Source of the DNA: a virus | Lineage: Duplodnaviria > Caudoviricetes | DNA: 56,337 bases | IMG/VR virus record: IMGVR_UViG_3300010354_000005 | Location: 1 to 56,337 of that record | Direction: 5' to 3' (one strand) | In this document: in pieces, positions 46,134 through 54,990 of the stretch | Layout of the letters: each line of letters starts with the position of its first letter | Position numbering within the stretch: the first letter of the stretch is position 1 | The notes under the pieces: model-generated | The model's database searches: none | What the model was told of the DNA's origin: nothing | The model's input: the letters and a program-made list of their open reading frames with translations, nothing else | Made by a program: the position numbers and the translations under genes

Positions 46134-47696
46134 TTATGCTGCTGATGCTTGAGGAGTGGTTTGCTCGTTATCATTTCCGCTATCCAATGATAAGTAAGAA
46201 CGCAGGTAACGATTCTCTGCCTTGCGTTCTGGTTGCATGAGCCACTGCTTGAAACCGATTGCTGTAAACTGAGTAAGTGAAACCTCGCCGGGAGTGCAGA
46301 AGGTTAGCAAGGAGTTAACAAACTCTAGGGCTGCCATTACTGATTCGTATCGCAGTGAACCACGGAAAATCCTGAACTCGATTGTCTCTGCATTCGTGAC
46401 GTTCAGGGCCTCGTAACGCTCGGTACTGTGCTTGCCGTGTATGGTGAACTTAGCCATGTGCGGCTTGAAGCGGCAGTAGTTATTGTCATAACGGCGGGCA
46501 ATCGAACGAATCAACGCCTCGTTACGGACATCGTTAAGGAAGGACTGCACACGGTAGATCTGGCCTTGAGTCAGGAACTCACGACCGACGTGGACATGCA
46601 GACCACAGGCACCACCCTCATGAGAACGGAAGCCCATCTTCAACTGAGGATTATTAAGGAACAAAGCTAACCGTTCCCGGTGTACGTCGAGACCTGCTGG
46701 TTGTGTGACCATCTCGAAGCCCTCGCCGATTGAACCGTCGCGCTCGAAGAAGCAGTACTCGCCGGTCTGCTGGGTCTTGTAGTTGACAGCCTCATGGATT
46801 GCCGCCAGCTTCTTATCCAACTGACCAGATCGGATCTGAACCTCAAGCTCGATGCCGAATGCCCTGCGGTTTTGACGGAACCACGGGGAATCTATGATGT
46901 CAAAGCCACGATTGCGAGAGCTGTGATAGCTACCCAACAGATCGCCGTAAGGAGTCCAGTGTTGGTCGCACCAGATACTAAGGCGGTCATTCCATATCAG
47001 ACCAGCAGTACGCCTGTCATCAATGTATGTATTGTTTGCGCGTGTATGAATCTGCACAGCAAACGACGTGAGGATCAGTTGACTACGGTTGTTGTGAATA
47101 CGGGTACCATTCGCTAGTTCTTTCTGCGCACATTCTCCGCAGTAAGTACCCTCCGCAGTGTAGTCTGCGTCATTACCACGCCAGCGGAAAGCCTCACCGT
47201 GTACTTCGTAGTGACCGCAGTGTGCGCGATTGAAGTGATATGTGCCAAGCCAGTTACTAAACCAAGTCTCTTGACTGTGGTTAGCTTGGGCTCGATCAGT
47301 AGATATGAAAGCATTGTGCCACTGATTAGCTATCTTTTGATAAGCTGTGGATGGACGACCGCTTTCAAGGTTCATTGTACCCGGGCCAGCATGGATACCA
47401 AGAGCAAGTATATCCATAGTGAAATGAGAGCGAAGCAGACCGGTCTTGTAGTTCTTGCCAACCTCATCAACAACTCCACGAAGCCACGCTACCATCTGGA
47501 TGCGCTCATCGCTCGTCATATTCTCCATGACGTACTGCAATAGGCAGAACCACTTGTTACGGTGTACGTTGCTACCGTTCGAGCGGCTCATCGAATACAT
47601 ATACTTCTTCATGAAAGCTTTGAAGTACCCTCTATTGTTACGGTAGTCCGTTGCTTTCCTGCGAGTGTAGTCATACAGACTGAACAGTGTGCTCAT
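46134..47696 (-). CDS. Amidoligase (COOH-NH2 ligase type 2)
   Basis: FGIELE, DGS, EMVTQP, CGLHVH, RYEALN, TIEFR.FRG; N-terminal HCGH...CGEC. Confidence 0.9.
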   Translation of the reverse strand: MSTLFSLYDYTRRKATDYRNNRGYFKAFMKKYMYSMSRSNGSNVHRNKWFCLLQYVMENMTSDERIQMVAWLRGVVDEVGKNYKTGLLRSHFTMDILALGIHAGPGTMNLESGRPSTAYQKIANQWHNAFISTDRAQANHSQETWFSNWLGTYHFNRAHCGHYEVHGEAFRWRGNDADYTAEGTYCGECAQKELANGTRIHNNRSQLILTSFAVQIHTRANNTYIDDRRTAGLIWNDRLSIWCDQHWTPYGDLLGSYHSSRNRGFDIIDSPWFRQNRRAFGIELEVQIRSGQLDKKLAAIHEAVNYKTQQTGEYCFFERDGSIGEGFEMVTQPAGLDVHRERLALFLNNPQLKMGFRSHEGGACGLHVHVGREFLTQGQIYRVQSFLNDVRNEALIRSIARRYDNNYCRFKPHMAKFTIHGKHSTERYEALNVTNAETIEFRIFRGSLRYESVMAALEFVNSLLTFCTPGEVSLTQFTAIGFKQWLMQPERKAENRYLRSYLSLDSGNDNEQTTPQASAA

Positions 47697-48033
47697 CTCC
47701 GCCACCTTTCTTCTCCTTAGGGAATGGAACTTTAGTAAAACTACCAACTGAATCGATCTTCTTGTTGAACTTCTCATCAAGTTTACGAACTCGGTTGGCA
47801 GTCAAGGATGTATTGCATTGCAGCTCATTAAGAAGCTCGTGGTTATCCCAGCACTCGATGTCATCGTAGTCTGCTTCCCATGTGCCTCCATTGGTATGAA
47901 TCTCACCGATGCAAGAATAGTCACTGTCATAAACCACATCCCAACTAAACTCACGGCGCATAAAATCTATAACCTTCTGCGCAATGTGTCCGTTGCCGGG
48001 ACGAAATGCCCTCAGCCAAACTCTATCAGTCAT
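47671..48033 (-). CDS. Hypothetical protein
   Basis: 120 aa with SD. Confidence 0.65.
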   Translation of the reverse strand: MTDRVWLRAFRPGNGHIAQKVIDFMRREFSWDVVYDSDYSCIGEIHTNGGTWEADYDDIECWDNHELLNELQCNTSLTANRVRKLDEKFNKKIDSVGSFTKVPFPKEKKGGGDEHTVQSV

Positions 48034-48412
48034 CGCTGTCTCCTTTTTGGTGCTTCTCTAGTTCATCATGAATACGATCCATGCCTACGTCAACGGTGTC
48101 GCTTATCTTCTCGCACCATTGCATTGCTTCTGCAATGTCCTCGTCACTGAAGTTAGCCAGCTTGAATATGAGTGTCGCACCGCCGGCTGATACCGCAGCG
48201 AACTGCATGCCAACGGGTGCGCGAACGTGTTCTGGTGCCCTGCGTGTGCCAATTGAGATGAGCTTGGCCGCATGTGAAACACCAGATAAGTAGCGAACTA
48301 TCTCAGTGAATGTCTCGCCTTTGATGGCCCTCAAGTTATCGAAGTACTCTTGCAAGCTACTCTCGATATACTTTTTGTTGTCCTCAATTGCTTTCTTGAT
48401 TGGATCAGTCAT
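48026..48412 (-). CDS. Hypothetical protein
   Basis: 128 aa with SD AAGGAG. Confidence 0.7.
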   Translation of the reverse strand: MTDPIKKAIEDNKKYIESSLQEYFDNLRAIKGETFTEIVRYLSGVSHAAKLISIGTRRAPEHVRAPVGMQFAAVSAGGATLIFKLANFSDEDIAEAMQWCEKISDTVDVGMDRIHDELEKHQKGDSDD

Positions 48413-48643
48413 GACTTCTCCTTGTAAGGATCTCCTTGTTCATAATCCATGCCCATGAGTTTGTATGCTTCGTCAAGTTCTTCTTGGGTCATGTCCGTAC
48501 TACCCCAACCCCTAGGTGGAGCTGGTTGCTGCTGCTGCCTTGCTGCTATCTGCTTGAACTTCTTGCGTAGATCTGTGTCAAGCGAGGTCGTATAGGCGAA
48601 GTCACGCCTGACCTGCTTGCGTAAGTCGCGTCGAGTCATCATT
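48409..48643 (-). CDS. Hypothetical protein
   Basis: Probable start near MTRRDLRK with SD GGAG; start approximate. Confidence 0.55.
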
Positions 48644-48715
48644 GGAATCTCCAAAGGTTGAAGATGAGAAAGGGGAGTCGCCCTCCCGTTAGGGAAAGAG
48701 GGCGGCGACCCGAGG

Positions 48716-49042
48716 TTAAAAAGGTGAGAAGTGTGGGACTTTAGACTTGACCTTAGTGCCGAGGTTGTCGATAACATCATCGACCTCCCATCCCTCGACT
48801 CTTGATATTGATTCAAGTAAGGCCGGGTTCTTGTGGATTACTTCTAGTGCTTTGCGCTCTGCTTCTCCTGCGCTGCTTGCTTCTACTGGATAGTCGCACA
48901 CCAAAAGCTTTGACATCTGAACGATATACTTCTTGGTTCTTACTGGCATCTCGGGCCCCGCTCCGGTGTCACTCTTCTGGAACTTGACCTTGGAGATCGG
49001 TGTTACTGGTTGAAACAACGGCGTGAATGGATTGACTTTCAT
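48716..49042 (-). CDS. Hypothetical protein
   Basis: 108 aa with SD AAGGAG. Confidence 0.65.
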   Translation of the reverse strand: MKVNPFTPLFQPVTPISKVKFQKSDTGAGPEMPVRTKKYIVQMSKLLVCDYPVEASSAGEAERKALEVIHKNPALLESISRVEGWEVDDVIDNLGTKVKSKVPHFSPF

Positions 49043-49065
49043 TACCCTTCTCCTTATCGTATGAT

Positions 49066-49377
49066 TTAGTTATGAACATAAGGTAGATCTTTTAACTTCT
49101 CCATGCACTGCGAGAAGTATGTCATGTAGAGCACCTCACCACAGTGACCTAGCGTGACACTCAACTTGCAGACATGCCCCTCAGGTAGATCCCCTCGGAG
49201 TACATGACCGTGTGAGTCAACCGGTATCTCCGTTTGTCCCACCTGAATTGAAGCCCCCTGACTGCACATTGCTTCCTTTGTTTCTTGGAGACTTCCTGCT
49301 TCTGCGTTCCTTACTAGCAGATGCACCGCTAACAGGGCAAGCAGAAGGTATATGCAAAGACGGTACCATAGCGACAT
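49066..49377 (-). CDS. Secreted Cys-containing protein
   Basis: Signal peptide ending AEA; four Cys in the mature part. Confidence 0.6.
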   Translation of the reverse strand: MSLWYRLCIYLLLALLAVHLLVRNAEAGSLQETKEAMCSQGASIQVGQTEIPVDSHGHVLRGDLPEGHVCKLSVTLGHCGEVLYMTYFSQCMEKLKDLPYVHN

Positions 49378-49582
49378 CTTGATTCCCTCCATCAAACTCT
49401 CGCTCCTTGATCTCATCTCTGATATAGATATAGATCGGGATGCTAGAGTACATCAAAGAAGCGAAGAAGGCGTATACATCAGGCACCCTCAACGCACCCA
49501 TAATTACCCATGCCATACCAAATGTCAACAGTATGACAAAGACGGTAAACGTAGATACAAGCAAGTTCATTAGTCTATTCAT
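49217..49582 (-). CDS. Membrane protein (two transmembrane helices)
   Basis: Two hydrophobic segments; 3' end overlaps the next gene. Confidence 0.5.
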   Translation of the reverse strand: MNRLMNLLVSTFTVFVILLTFGMAWVIMGALRVPDVYAFFASLMYSSIPIYIYIRDEIKEREFDGGNQDVAMVPSLHIPSACPVSGASASKERRSRKSPRNKGSNVQSGGFNSGGTNGDTG

Positions 49583-49583
49583 A

Positions 49584-50132
49584 TCACCACCATGAGTCGT
49601 AGAATATTGCATTATCTTTAACATCTTTGCTGGCTTTCAGTAGGAACGAGTCAAGACTTTCAAGATCCTCAGGATAGATTGTCTCTGCTCCGAAGAAGAA
49701 TCCGCTCCGTGGTTTGAGCTGATCCTTGTCCCTAGCGTTGGCTAAGTCTGCAATGTCCTCAGCAAACAACCTTACTGTTGCACAATTGAAAACTTCAGCA
49801 CCGCCGGCACCTGTACGTTCTCGCCACAGATCTTCCATCCATCCATGAAGAGCATTGAACTTGCGCCAGTAGTGGTACTGTGAATCTATACAGCCACTCT
49901 CATGTGCAAGTTTGTCTGCCTTCATCAAAGAACTCCAATAGGCTTCACGATCATTAGTTGTCATCAATGAAAGCTCTGCGTCACTCTTGTCAGTAAAGCC
50001 AGAGAAGTATCTTGCTGCTCTCCGAGCTGGGAAATTATATGCAGTAACATCACCTACTGGATCATCCAAGTGCCTAACGTACTTCTCTACAACTGGTAGT
50101 GGTACTTTATATGCGTACATATCGAGACCCAC
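49584..50132 (-). CDS. Conserved phage hypothetical protein
   Basis: MGLDMY...YWRK.N.LH.W...FNC...GFFFG...Y.SWW pattern. Confidence 0.8.
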   Translation of the reverse strand: MGLDMYAYKVPLPVVEKYVRHLDDPVGDVTAYNFPARRAARYFSGFTDKSDAELSLMTTNDREAYWSSLMKADKLAHESGCIDSQYHYWRKFNALHGWMEDLWRERTGAGGAEVFNCATVRLFAEDIADLANARDKDQLKPRSGFFFGAETIYPEDLESLDSFLLKASKDVKDNAIFYDSWW

Positions 50133-50133
50133 G

Positions 50134-50415
50134 TTACCTCCCTTTCAAAGTAGTGATACATTTTTGATAAGTACTTTCGTACATCTTCTGCTTACAAGCT
50201 TTCTCAAAGTATGAGAACTTGCATGGGTGAGACATAGGCCAGCCGCTAGAATCTACGGCACCAGCCCGTGTCTCTATCTTAAGCTCTGTAACTGAACGCT
50301 GCGCATTCTCTTGGCACTGAGCGATAACTTCCTCAGTTGTTAGTCTGCGCGAATCGCTGTCGGCAAGATGCACAGAGCCAGCAACCAATCCGACAGTGAG
50401 TAGTTGGTATATCAA
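50134..50415 (-). CDS. Secreted Cys-containing protein
   Basis: Hydrophobic N-terminus, four Cys. Confidence 0.6.
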   Translation of the reverse strand: MIYQLLTVGLVAGSVHLADSDSRRLTTEEVIAQCQENAQRSVTELKIETRAGAVDSSGWPMSHPCKFSYFEKACKQKMYESTYQKCITTLKGR

Positions 50416-50747
50416 TAGTCATCCCTCCATATACATTCCATGCTGTAATCAAAGTCATCAATCCCCATGTAGGTAGTTACATCGTACATTGGGAAGTTGA
50501 CAATGAACACACGCTGAGTAGGAGAGTAGATCGAACAGCCCTTCATGATGTACCCCTTATCATCTATGACTGTCACTGATCCACCCGGCATACCCCTGAA
50601 TTCGCATGGATGATTAAAGAAATGCCTGACCTTGGGTTCAGTCCTGCTTTCCCAGCAGTGCTCAACCTGAACTGGCTTGGCATCGGCGGTCAGATAGTAG
50701 GCACCCAACACTGCAAGTATCAGTGCCCCTGCTGTTAGCTTGCTCAT
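50412..50747 (-). CDS. Secreted protein
   Basis: Signal peptide ending ADA. Confidence 0.65.
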   Translation of the reverse strand: MSKLTAGALILAVLGAYYLTADAKPVQVEHCWESRTEPKVRHFFNHPCEFRGMPGGSVTVIDDKGYIMKGCSIYSPTQRVFIVNFPMYDVTTYMGIDDFDYSMECIWRDDY

Positions 50748-50937
50748 TCGGGATTCTCCAAGCAGTTAATCATCTTCTTGATAGCTTCGTACTCGTCAGT
50801 GCTATTGACCGGGAGTTCTTTGGCTAACTCGGACAAGAGGATGAGGGAGTTATCTTCTATGATCTTAAAGGATCTGGTGCCCGAGTCACTGAGGATCCTG
50901 ATGTGTGCTTGTATTTCATAGTCTAACATTGCTCCTC

Positions 50938-51483
50938 CTACCAAAATGTATTTGATACAGCAACTACGATTGTTAACATAACTGCAACAGATAGCCATAA
51001 GAAGAACAGGTTGGGTTTCTCTGCATCTCTTACGCCCTGTTGGTACAGTTCCTCCGCTTGCTCACTGACACGACGGTCGAGTGCCACGCCGATGTGATAA
51101 TCAATCAGCTCATCTAGTGCTAGTCGAGCGTTAGTCTCATGCTCCATGCGGTATATGTGGGTAGTAACCAGACCCTCTATGACTACGAACTTGAACGGGT
51201 TCTCGTTGTAGCTGTCGAGTGATCGGAGCTTATTGTCCTCGCTCTTGGCTTTCTGGTACCCCATCTCGTATCCCTCTTGGAATGGATCGACACCGGCGGG
51301 AACAGGATTAGTTGCAAGATTGTCAGCACCAAGTGAGTAACCACCCATGTACTCATTAGGATCACAGAAGGAACAGTACTCCTTGTCCTCTGGTACCTTA
51401 ATCATTTTGCAATCTTTGCAAACCTTCTTGCCCTTGCCAATACGCTTGATCTGACCAACCCAATCTTCAAATGAATTATCCAT
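50938..51483 (-). CDS. Zn-finger protein with C-terminal transmembrane helix
   Basis: CKDC...CSFC and a hydrophobic C-terminus. Confidence 0.6.
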   Translation of the reverse strand: MDNSFEDWVGQIKRIGKGKKVCKDCKMIKVPEDKEYCSFCDPNEYMGGYSLGADNLATNPVPAGVDPFQEGYEMGYQKAKSEDNKLRSLDSYNENPFKFVVIEGLVTTHIYRMEHETNARLALDELIDYHIGVALDRRVSEQAEELYQQGVRDAEKPNLFFLWLSVAVMLTIVVAVSNTFW

Positions 51484-51724
51484 CGGTCTCTCCACATTCT
51501 TGTTGGAATCTACGGTAGCGATACGATGCCTCTGCGCTACCACCCTTCGGGTTCTTCTCACGCCACTCTGCCATAGCTTGCTCTGTGCAGGTAGGCTTAG
51601 GAGTACAGCCAACCATCAAGATAATTACAGCAGCTACCAAGATGTAAGGCCACAGCTTAGCTATGCTGTCTCCGATGTCGTCGAACCACCCGATTTCAAA
51701 CCACGCTTTCTTTTGTTTACACAT
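51476..51724 (-). CDS. Putative lipoprotein
   Basis: Hydrophobic stretch ending MVGC. Confidence 0.55.
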   Translation of the reverse strand: MCKQKKAWFEIGWFDDIGDSIAKLWPYILVAAVIILMVGCTPKPTCTEQAMAEWREKNPKGGSAEASYRYRRFQQECGETDG

Positions 51725-51894
51725 GCTTTGGTCTCCTTACGAAGTAGCTGGGATGCAAAGGCTTGGTTCTCGACGAGCAAGTCTTGGATGTACTCTTCCT
51801 TCTGAACTAGCTCACCGTGAAGCAGGTATGCTGCGACCCATCCCAGAAAGGCAACAACCATTAGTATACAAATGACAACATATTCAAATACCAT
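51661..51894 (-). CDS. Membrane-anchored protein
   Basis: SD AAGGAG; N-terminal transmembrane helix plus coiled coil. Confidence 0.6.
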   Translation of the reverse strand: MVFEYVVICILMVVAFLGWVAAYLLHGELVQKEEYIQDLLVENQAFASQLLRKETKACVNKRKRGLKSGGSTTSETA

Positions 51895-51895
51895 A

Positions 51896-52189
51896 TCAAT
51901 CTCCTTGCTTAAGTTCTCCCTTAGTACACATTCTTTCAAGCTTTGTCAATAGCTTTGTATAGCATGTGAACGAAGAGTCTTTGGGGTTACAGATCTTCTC
52001 TTTCTTCATGATGTTGAGCTGAGTTTGCTGGTCTATCTTGATACTCATGAGTTCTTTGACATGATCTGCGGCGTATTGCTTGCAGTCCTGCTGTGTCCAA
52101 GGCTTGATCTCTTGTGCGATTGCGCGGGTAGAAGAGATGAACAGCATCAGAAGTATTGTCAATAAGACAATGAATAAATATCTAGCCAT
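51896..52189 (-). CDS. Secreted Cys-containing protein
   Basis: Signal peptide ending AIA; four Cys; SD GGAGG. Confidence 0.65.
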   Translation of the reverse strand: MARYLFIVLLTILLMLFISSTRAIAQEIKPWTQQDCKQYAADHVKELMSIKIDQQTQLNIMKKEKICNPKDSSFTCYTKLLTKLERMCTKGELKQGD

Positions 52190-52485
52190 CTCACCTCCCT
52201 GCAAAGATCATTACCAATGCCCATACCGTGAAGCACAAGGCGGCAAGGACAAGCAGCAGCATCTCATCTATCGGATCGATGAGTGGGTCTTTGTCGTCGT
52301 CATCCATTAGAAAATCCTTCAACTAGCAAATGACAAGATAGCAACAACCCAACCTACGATCCAGAGTGTTGCCAATATTGTATGAACCCACTCAGCGTTA
52401 TACCAAGCGTTGCTTTCGCCACAGTTAGGACAGTCGCCCTCGCAGACGGGGCCGTGGACGTGACCGCAATACTTACAAGACATAT

Positions 52486-52698
52486 CTATTCCTCCTGCTT
52501 CTGGTTAGCGAATCCCTGCTTGTGCGTCTTGAAGAAGAGATCGATCTCCTGCCTGATCTCAGTTTGGTCAACGCCGTGCTTCTCGCAGGGTTCAATGGGG
52601 TTGCCGCAGAAATCTCTGGGCACCGGACGGTGAGTGATCCGCCAGACAACGATAGCATAGATCACCAGCCATACCCAAGGTTCGGCTATATCAACCAT
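52486..52698 (-). CDS. Small membrane protein
   Basis: N-terminal transmembrane helix, C-x6-C. Confidence 0.55.
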   Translation of the reverse strand: MVDIAEPWVWLVIYAIVVWRITHRPVPRDFCGNPIEPCEKHGVDQTEIRQEIDLFFKTHKQGFANQKQEE

Positions 52699-52885
52699 CT
52701 GCTACCCTCCAATCTGTCTCGGTGACTATCTCCACGTCAGTCCAAGCTGCCAGATGAACTACCCCACCTGACATGTCCGTACAATAGGAGTACATGCCAT
52801 CGATGTGATGGAAGAACAGCACCCCATCCTCCTCGAATCCCTTGATGCGGATACGGGTATTATTGGGTACGTTATAGAGTTCCAT
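52691..52885 (-). CDS. Conserved small phage protein
   Basis: LYNVP...FHHIDGMYSYC; SD AGGAG. Confidence 0.7.
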   Translation of the reverse strand: MELYNVPNNTRIRIKGFEEDGVLFFHHIDGMYSYCTDMSGGVVHLAAWTDVEIVTETDWRVADG

Positions 52886-52895
52886 AGTTCTTCTC

Positions 52896-53105
52896 CTATG
52901 TATTGAGCAAGTTGTTCATCTGTTGGATGCGCTGCTGGTACTCAAGCTGGTCGAGCCGCTTCTCTGTCTCCGTCCTAGTGTCAGGCGCGGGAACACGGGA
53001 GGCACAGCCAGATAGGAAAGTGATAACAACTACAGCCACGCCAATGAGGAAGGCATGCCATAGTCCAGTGAGTATAAGGTCGAGTAGTTCTTGCTTGGTT
53101 TTCAT
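52896..53105 (-). CDS. Putative lipoprotein
   Basis: Hydrophobic stretch ending LSGC. Confidence 0.6.
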   Translation of the reverse strand: MKTKQELLDLILTGLWHAFLIGVAVVVITFLSGCASRVPAPDTRTETEKRLDQLEYQQRIQQMNNLLNT

Positions 53106-53407
53106 TAGAGTCCTCCGGTAATAAAGTAAATCAAAGACATACTGATTGCTGCTGTCCATAAGAACACGGGTAGATGGGTGATGCGCGCCGCCCATGTTGC
53201 CCGTCTTATGTAACTCTTGATAACATCTTCTAGGTCTGTACTGCGTAGGTCAAAGGCTTTCATATTCTTAAGCATGAACGGCCAGAAGAACATGTAACCA
53301 AAGGTTGTAGCTACAGTGCCCGATGATCCTTGGATCCCACGTCCGATGCAATGTGTGGCAATCAAGTAACCTATTAAGAAGTACGAGCATATTATGATAC
53401 TAAGCAT
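53105..53407 (-). CDS. Membrane protein
   Basis: Three hydrophobic segments; SD GAGG. Confidence 0.65.
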   Translation of the reverse strand: MLSIIICSYFLIGYLIATHCIGRGIQGSSGTVATTFGYMFFWPFMLKNMKAFDLRSTDLEDVIKSYIRRATWAARITHLPVFLWTAAISMSLIYFITGGL

Positions 53408-53416
53408 AGTTTCCTC

Positions 53417-53542
53417 CTATGTAAACAAGTTGATAAGTTTCCTAGTGTAGTAGCAGATAGGCCAGCCGACCGCCAGTGCCACATAAAGCAATGAGAAAGG
53501 CCACATATACTTCCACCACAGATCGTCCAATAATTTCCTCAT
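53417..53542 (-). CDS. Small membrane peptide (41 aa); not in the ORF track
   Basis: SD GAGGAG; MRKLLDDLWWKYMWPF. Confidence 0.55.
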   Translation of the reverse strand: MRKLLDDLWWKYMWPFSLLYVALAVGWPICYYTRKLINLFT

Positions 53543-53638
53543 GACAATCTCCTCAGCACGGAGCGATCACTCAGGCGAGAGGTAGCCTTGGCGAACGCTA
53601 AAAGAAGGCGAAGGCCGGGAGAACCCCAGCCCCCACCG

Positions 53639-53755
53639 CTAGTGCCCACTAATCTCATCGTTAACGTAGGCAATGACATAACAAAGGACTCCGATACCAG
53701 CTAGAGTCCACGCAATTAACCACAGATCCCATAGTATTTCAAGTAGTAAGGACAT
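53639..53755 (-). CDS. Small membrane peptide
   Basis: SD AAGGAG, one transmembrane helix. Confidence 0.55.
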   Translation of the reverse strand: MSLLLEILWDLWLIAWTLAGIGVLCYVIAYVNDEISGH

Positions 53756-53756
53756 A

Positions 53757-53918
53757 TCAATCTCCTTTGTATTTGTTGAAGCCTTCAACGAACACCCCAG
53801 CTGCGAAGAACATATTGAGTGACCATATTGGTGAGTGCTCGGGAGAAACCCAAGAACCAATAAAGCATACTGCTGAAGCCAGCCCTCCGATTATCATCAT
53901 TCCGGGATCTTTGCTCAT
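53757..53918 (-). CDS. Small membrane protein
   Basis: SD GAGGAG, hydrophobic. Confidence 0.55.
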   Translation of the reverse strand: MSKDPGMMIIGGLASAVCFIGSWVSPEHSPIWSLNMFFAAGVFVEGFNKYKGD

Positions 53919-54044
53919 GTCATTCTCCTCTAGGTTGATAGGTGAAGTCCAAGCCGCAGCGATACAGCTTGGAGTATACGTTCCAACTGATCGGCTGGAA
54001 TCCTTGGAACTGAGCACGTTGACAGTACCGATAGTACCCTAATG

Positions 54045-54317
54045 CTACTTGTGATAGGTATCGTGAGTCCATGATCCAGCCTCCCAGTTGTCAAACTCAT
54101 AACGGAACATGTAATCCCTGCGGAATTCGAGGAAGTCCTGAGCGATAAGACCGACACCGAATCCCATGCCGAACCCCGACAGCATAACGCCGACCGCCCA
54201 ACCACCAAAGACAAAACCACATGCTACGAACGCTAGGATAACGCAAGCCAACATAACTGGATAGTCACGATCAGATGCTAACCAACGTAAGAAGATAGAT
54301 TCATTGACTGTGGACAT
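54045..54317 (-). CDS. Membrane protein
   Basis: SD AGGAG, two hydrophobic segments. Confidence 0.65.
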   Translation of the reverse strand: MSTVNESIFLRWLASDRDYPVMLACVILAFVACGFVFGGWAVGVMLSGFGMGFGVGLIAQDFLEFRRDYMFRYEFDNWEAGSWTHDTYHK

Positions 54318-54334
54318 AGTGGACTCCTAAGTAG

Positions 54335-54381
54335 AAAAAAAAGAGCGACTACCCAGCACGCTTGAAACTGGATAGCCGCCC
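54335..54381 (-). terminator. Intrinsic terminator upstream of the long early operon
   Basis: Minus strand GGGCGGCTATCCAG/CTGGGTAGTCGCTC (14 bp including three G-U pairs) followed by T8. Confidence 0.85.
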
Positions 54382-54421
54382 GAAAGAACCGTAGGAACAT
54401 GGCGAAACCTACGGTGGAGAA

Positions 54422-54522
54422 CTAGCAGCAAGGAGGATTTACCCAACTTAGGTTGGCGACCTCCTGCTGACCTGAGGATTTACCCAGCTTGAGCTGGCGA
54501 CCTAGGTATCGAGTATTGCTAG
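54422..54522 (-). ncRNA. Structured RNA element with two covarying 30-nt repeats
   Basis: 54433-54462 and 54474-54503 are 26/30 identical with a compensatory pair; closed by CTAGCA/TGCTAG. Confidence 0.65.
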
Positions 54523-54654
54523 GATGATAATTGCTATCATGGAGATGAAATAACCGATAGCTAGATAGAGTTCGAGAGCTGGTGACATGATGATCTCCTG
54601 AGGTTATCGCGGGGAATACCTGAGAACAGGCACCCCCCACGGAAGAACTACCAA

Positions 54655-54990
54655 TTAAGAGTTAGTAGCCTTAGCACAGAACATAGAACGAAGAAGGATC
54701 TCAGCTTCGATAACCAACTCATCCTTAGAACCAGAACGAGAAAGCTTATCCAGAGCCATGAGAGCCTTACCGGTCATCTCAACCTCCGAAGAAGTCATAC
54801 GAGCCAAGACACGACCACCCTTAGCTGCCAGTTCAGTCTTGTCACGCTTGGAGGCAGGAGAAGTCCGAATAGCCCAAGAAGCTTCCCACGAAGTAGTAGG
54901 AATCGTACCAACAAAGATACCACGCTGTGCCATAGCCTCCAAACGAGACTTCTGTGCATCAGTAATAGGACGAGCTGTAGCTGTAGTCAT
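54655..54990 (-). CDS. First gene of the early block; 111 aa with two short helical repeats
   Basis: SD GGAGG; PITDAQKSRL...TSWEAS and PASKRDKTEL...TSSEV. Confidence 0.75.
   Translation of the reverse strand: MTTATARPITDAQKSRLEAMAQRGIFVGTIPTTSWEASWAIRTSPASKRDKTELAAKGGRVLARMTSSEVEMTGKALMALDKLSRSGSKDELVIEAEILLRSMFCAKATNS

Noticed and set aside
54433-54503. Mini-CRISPR array
   Set aside because: Only two repeats, an 11-nt spacer and no cas genes; the differences are structural covariation.
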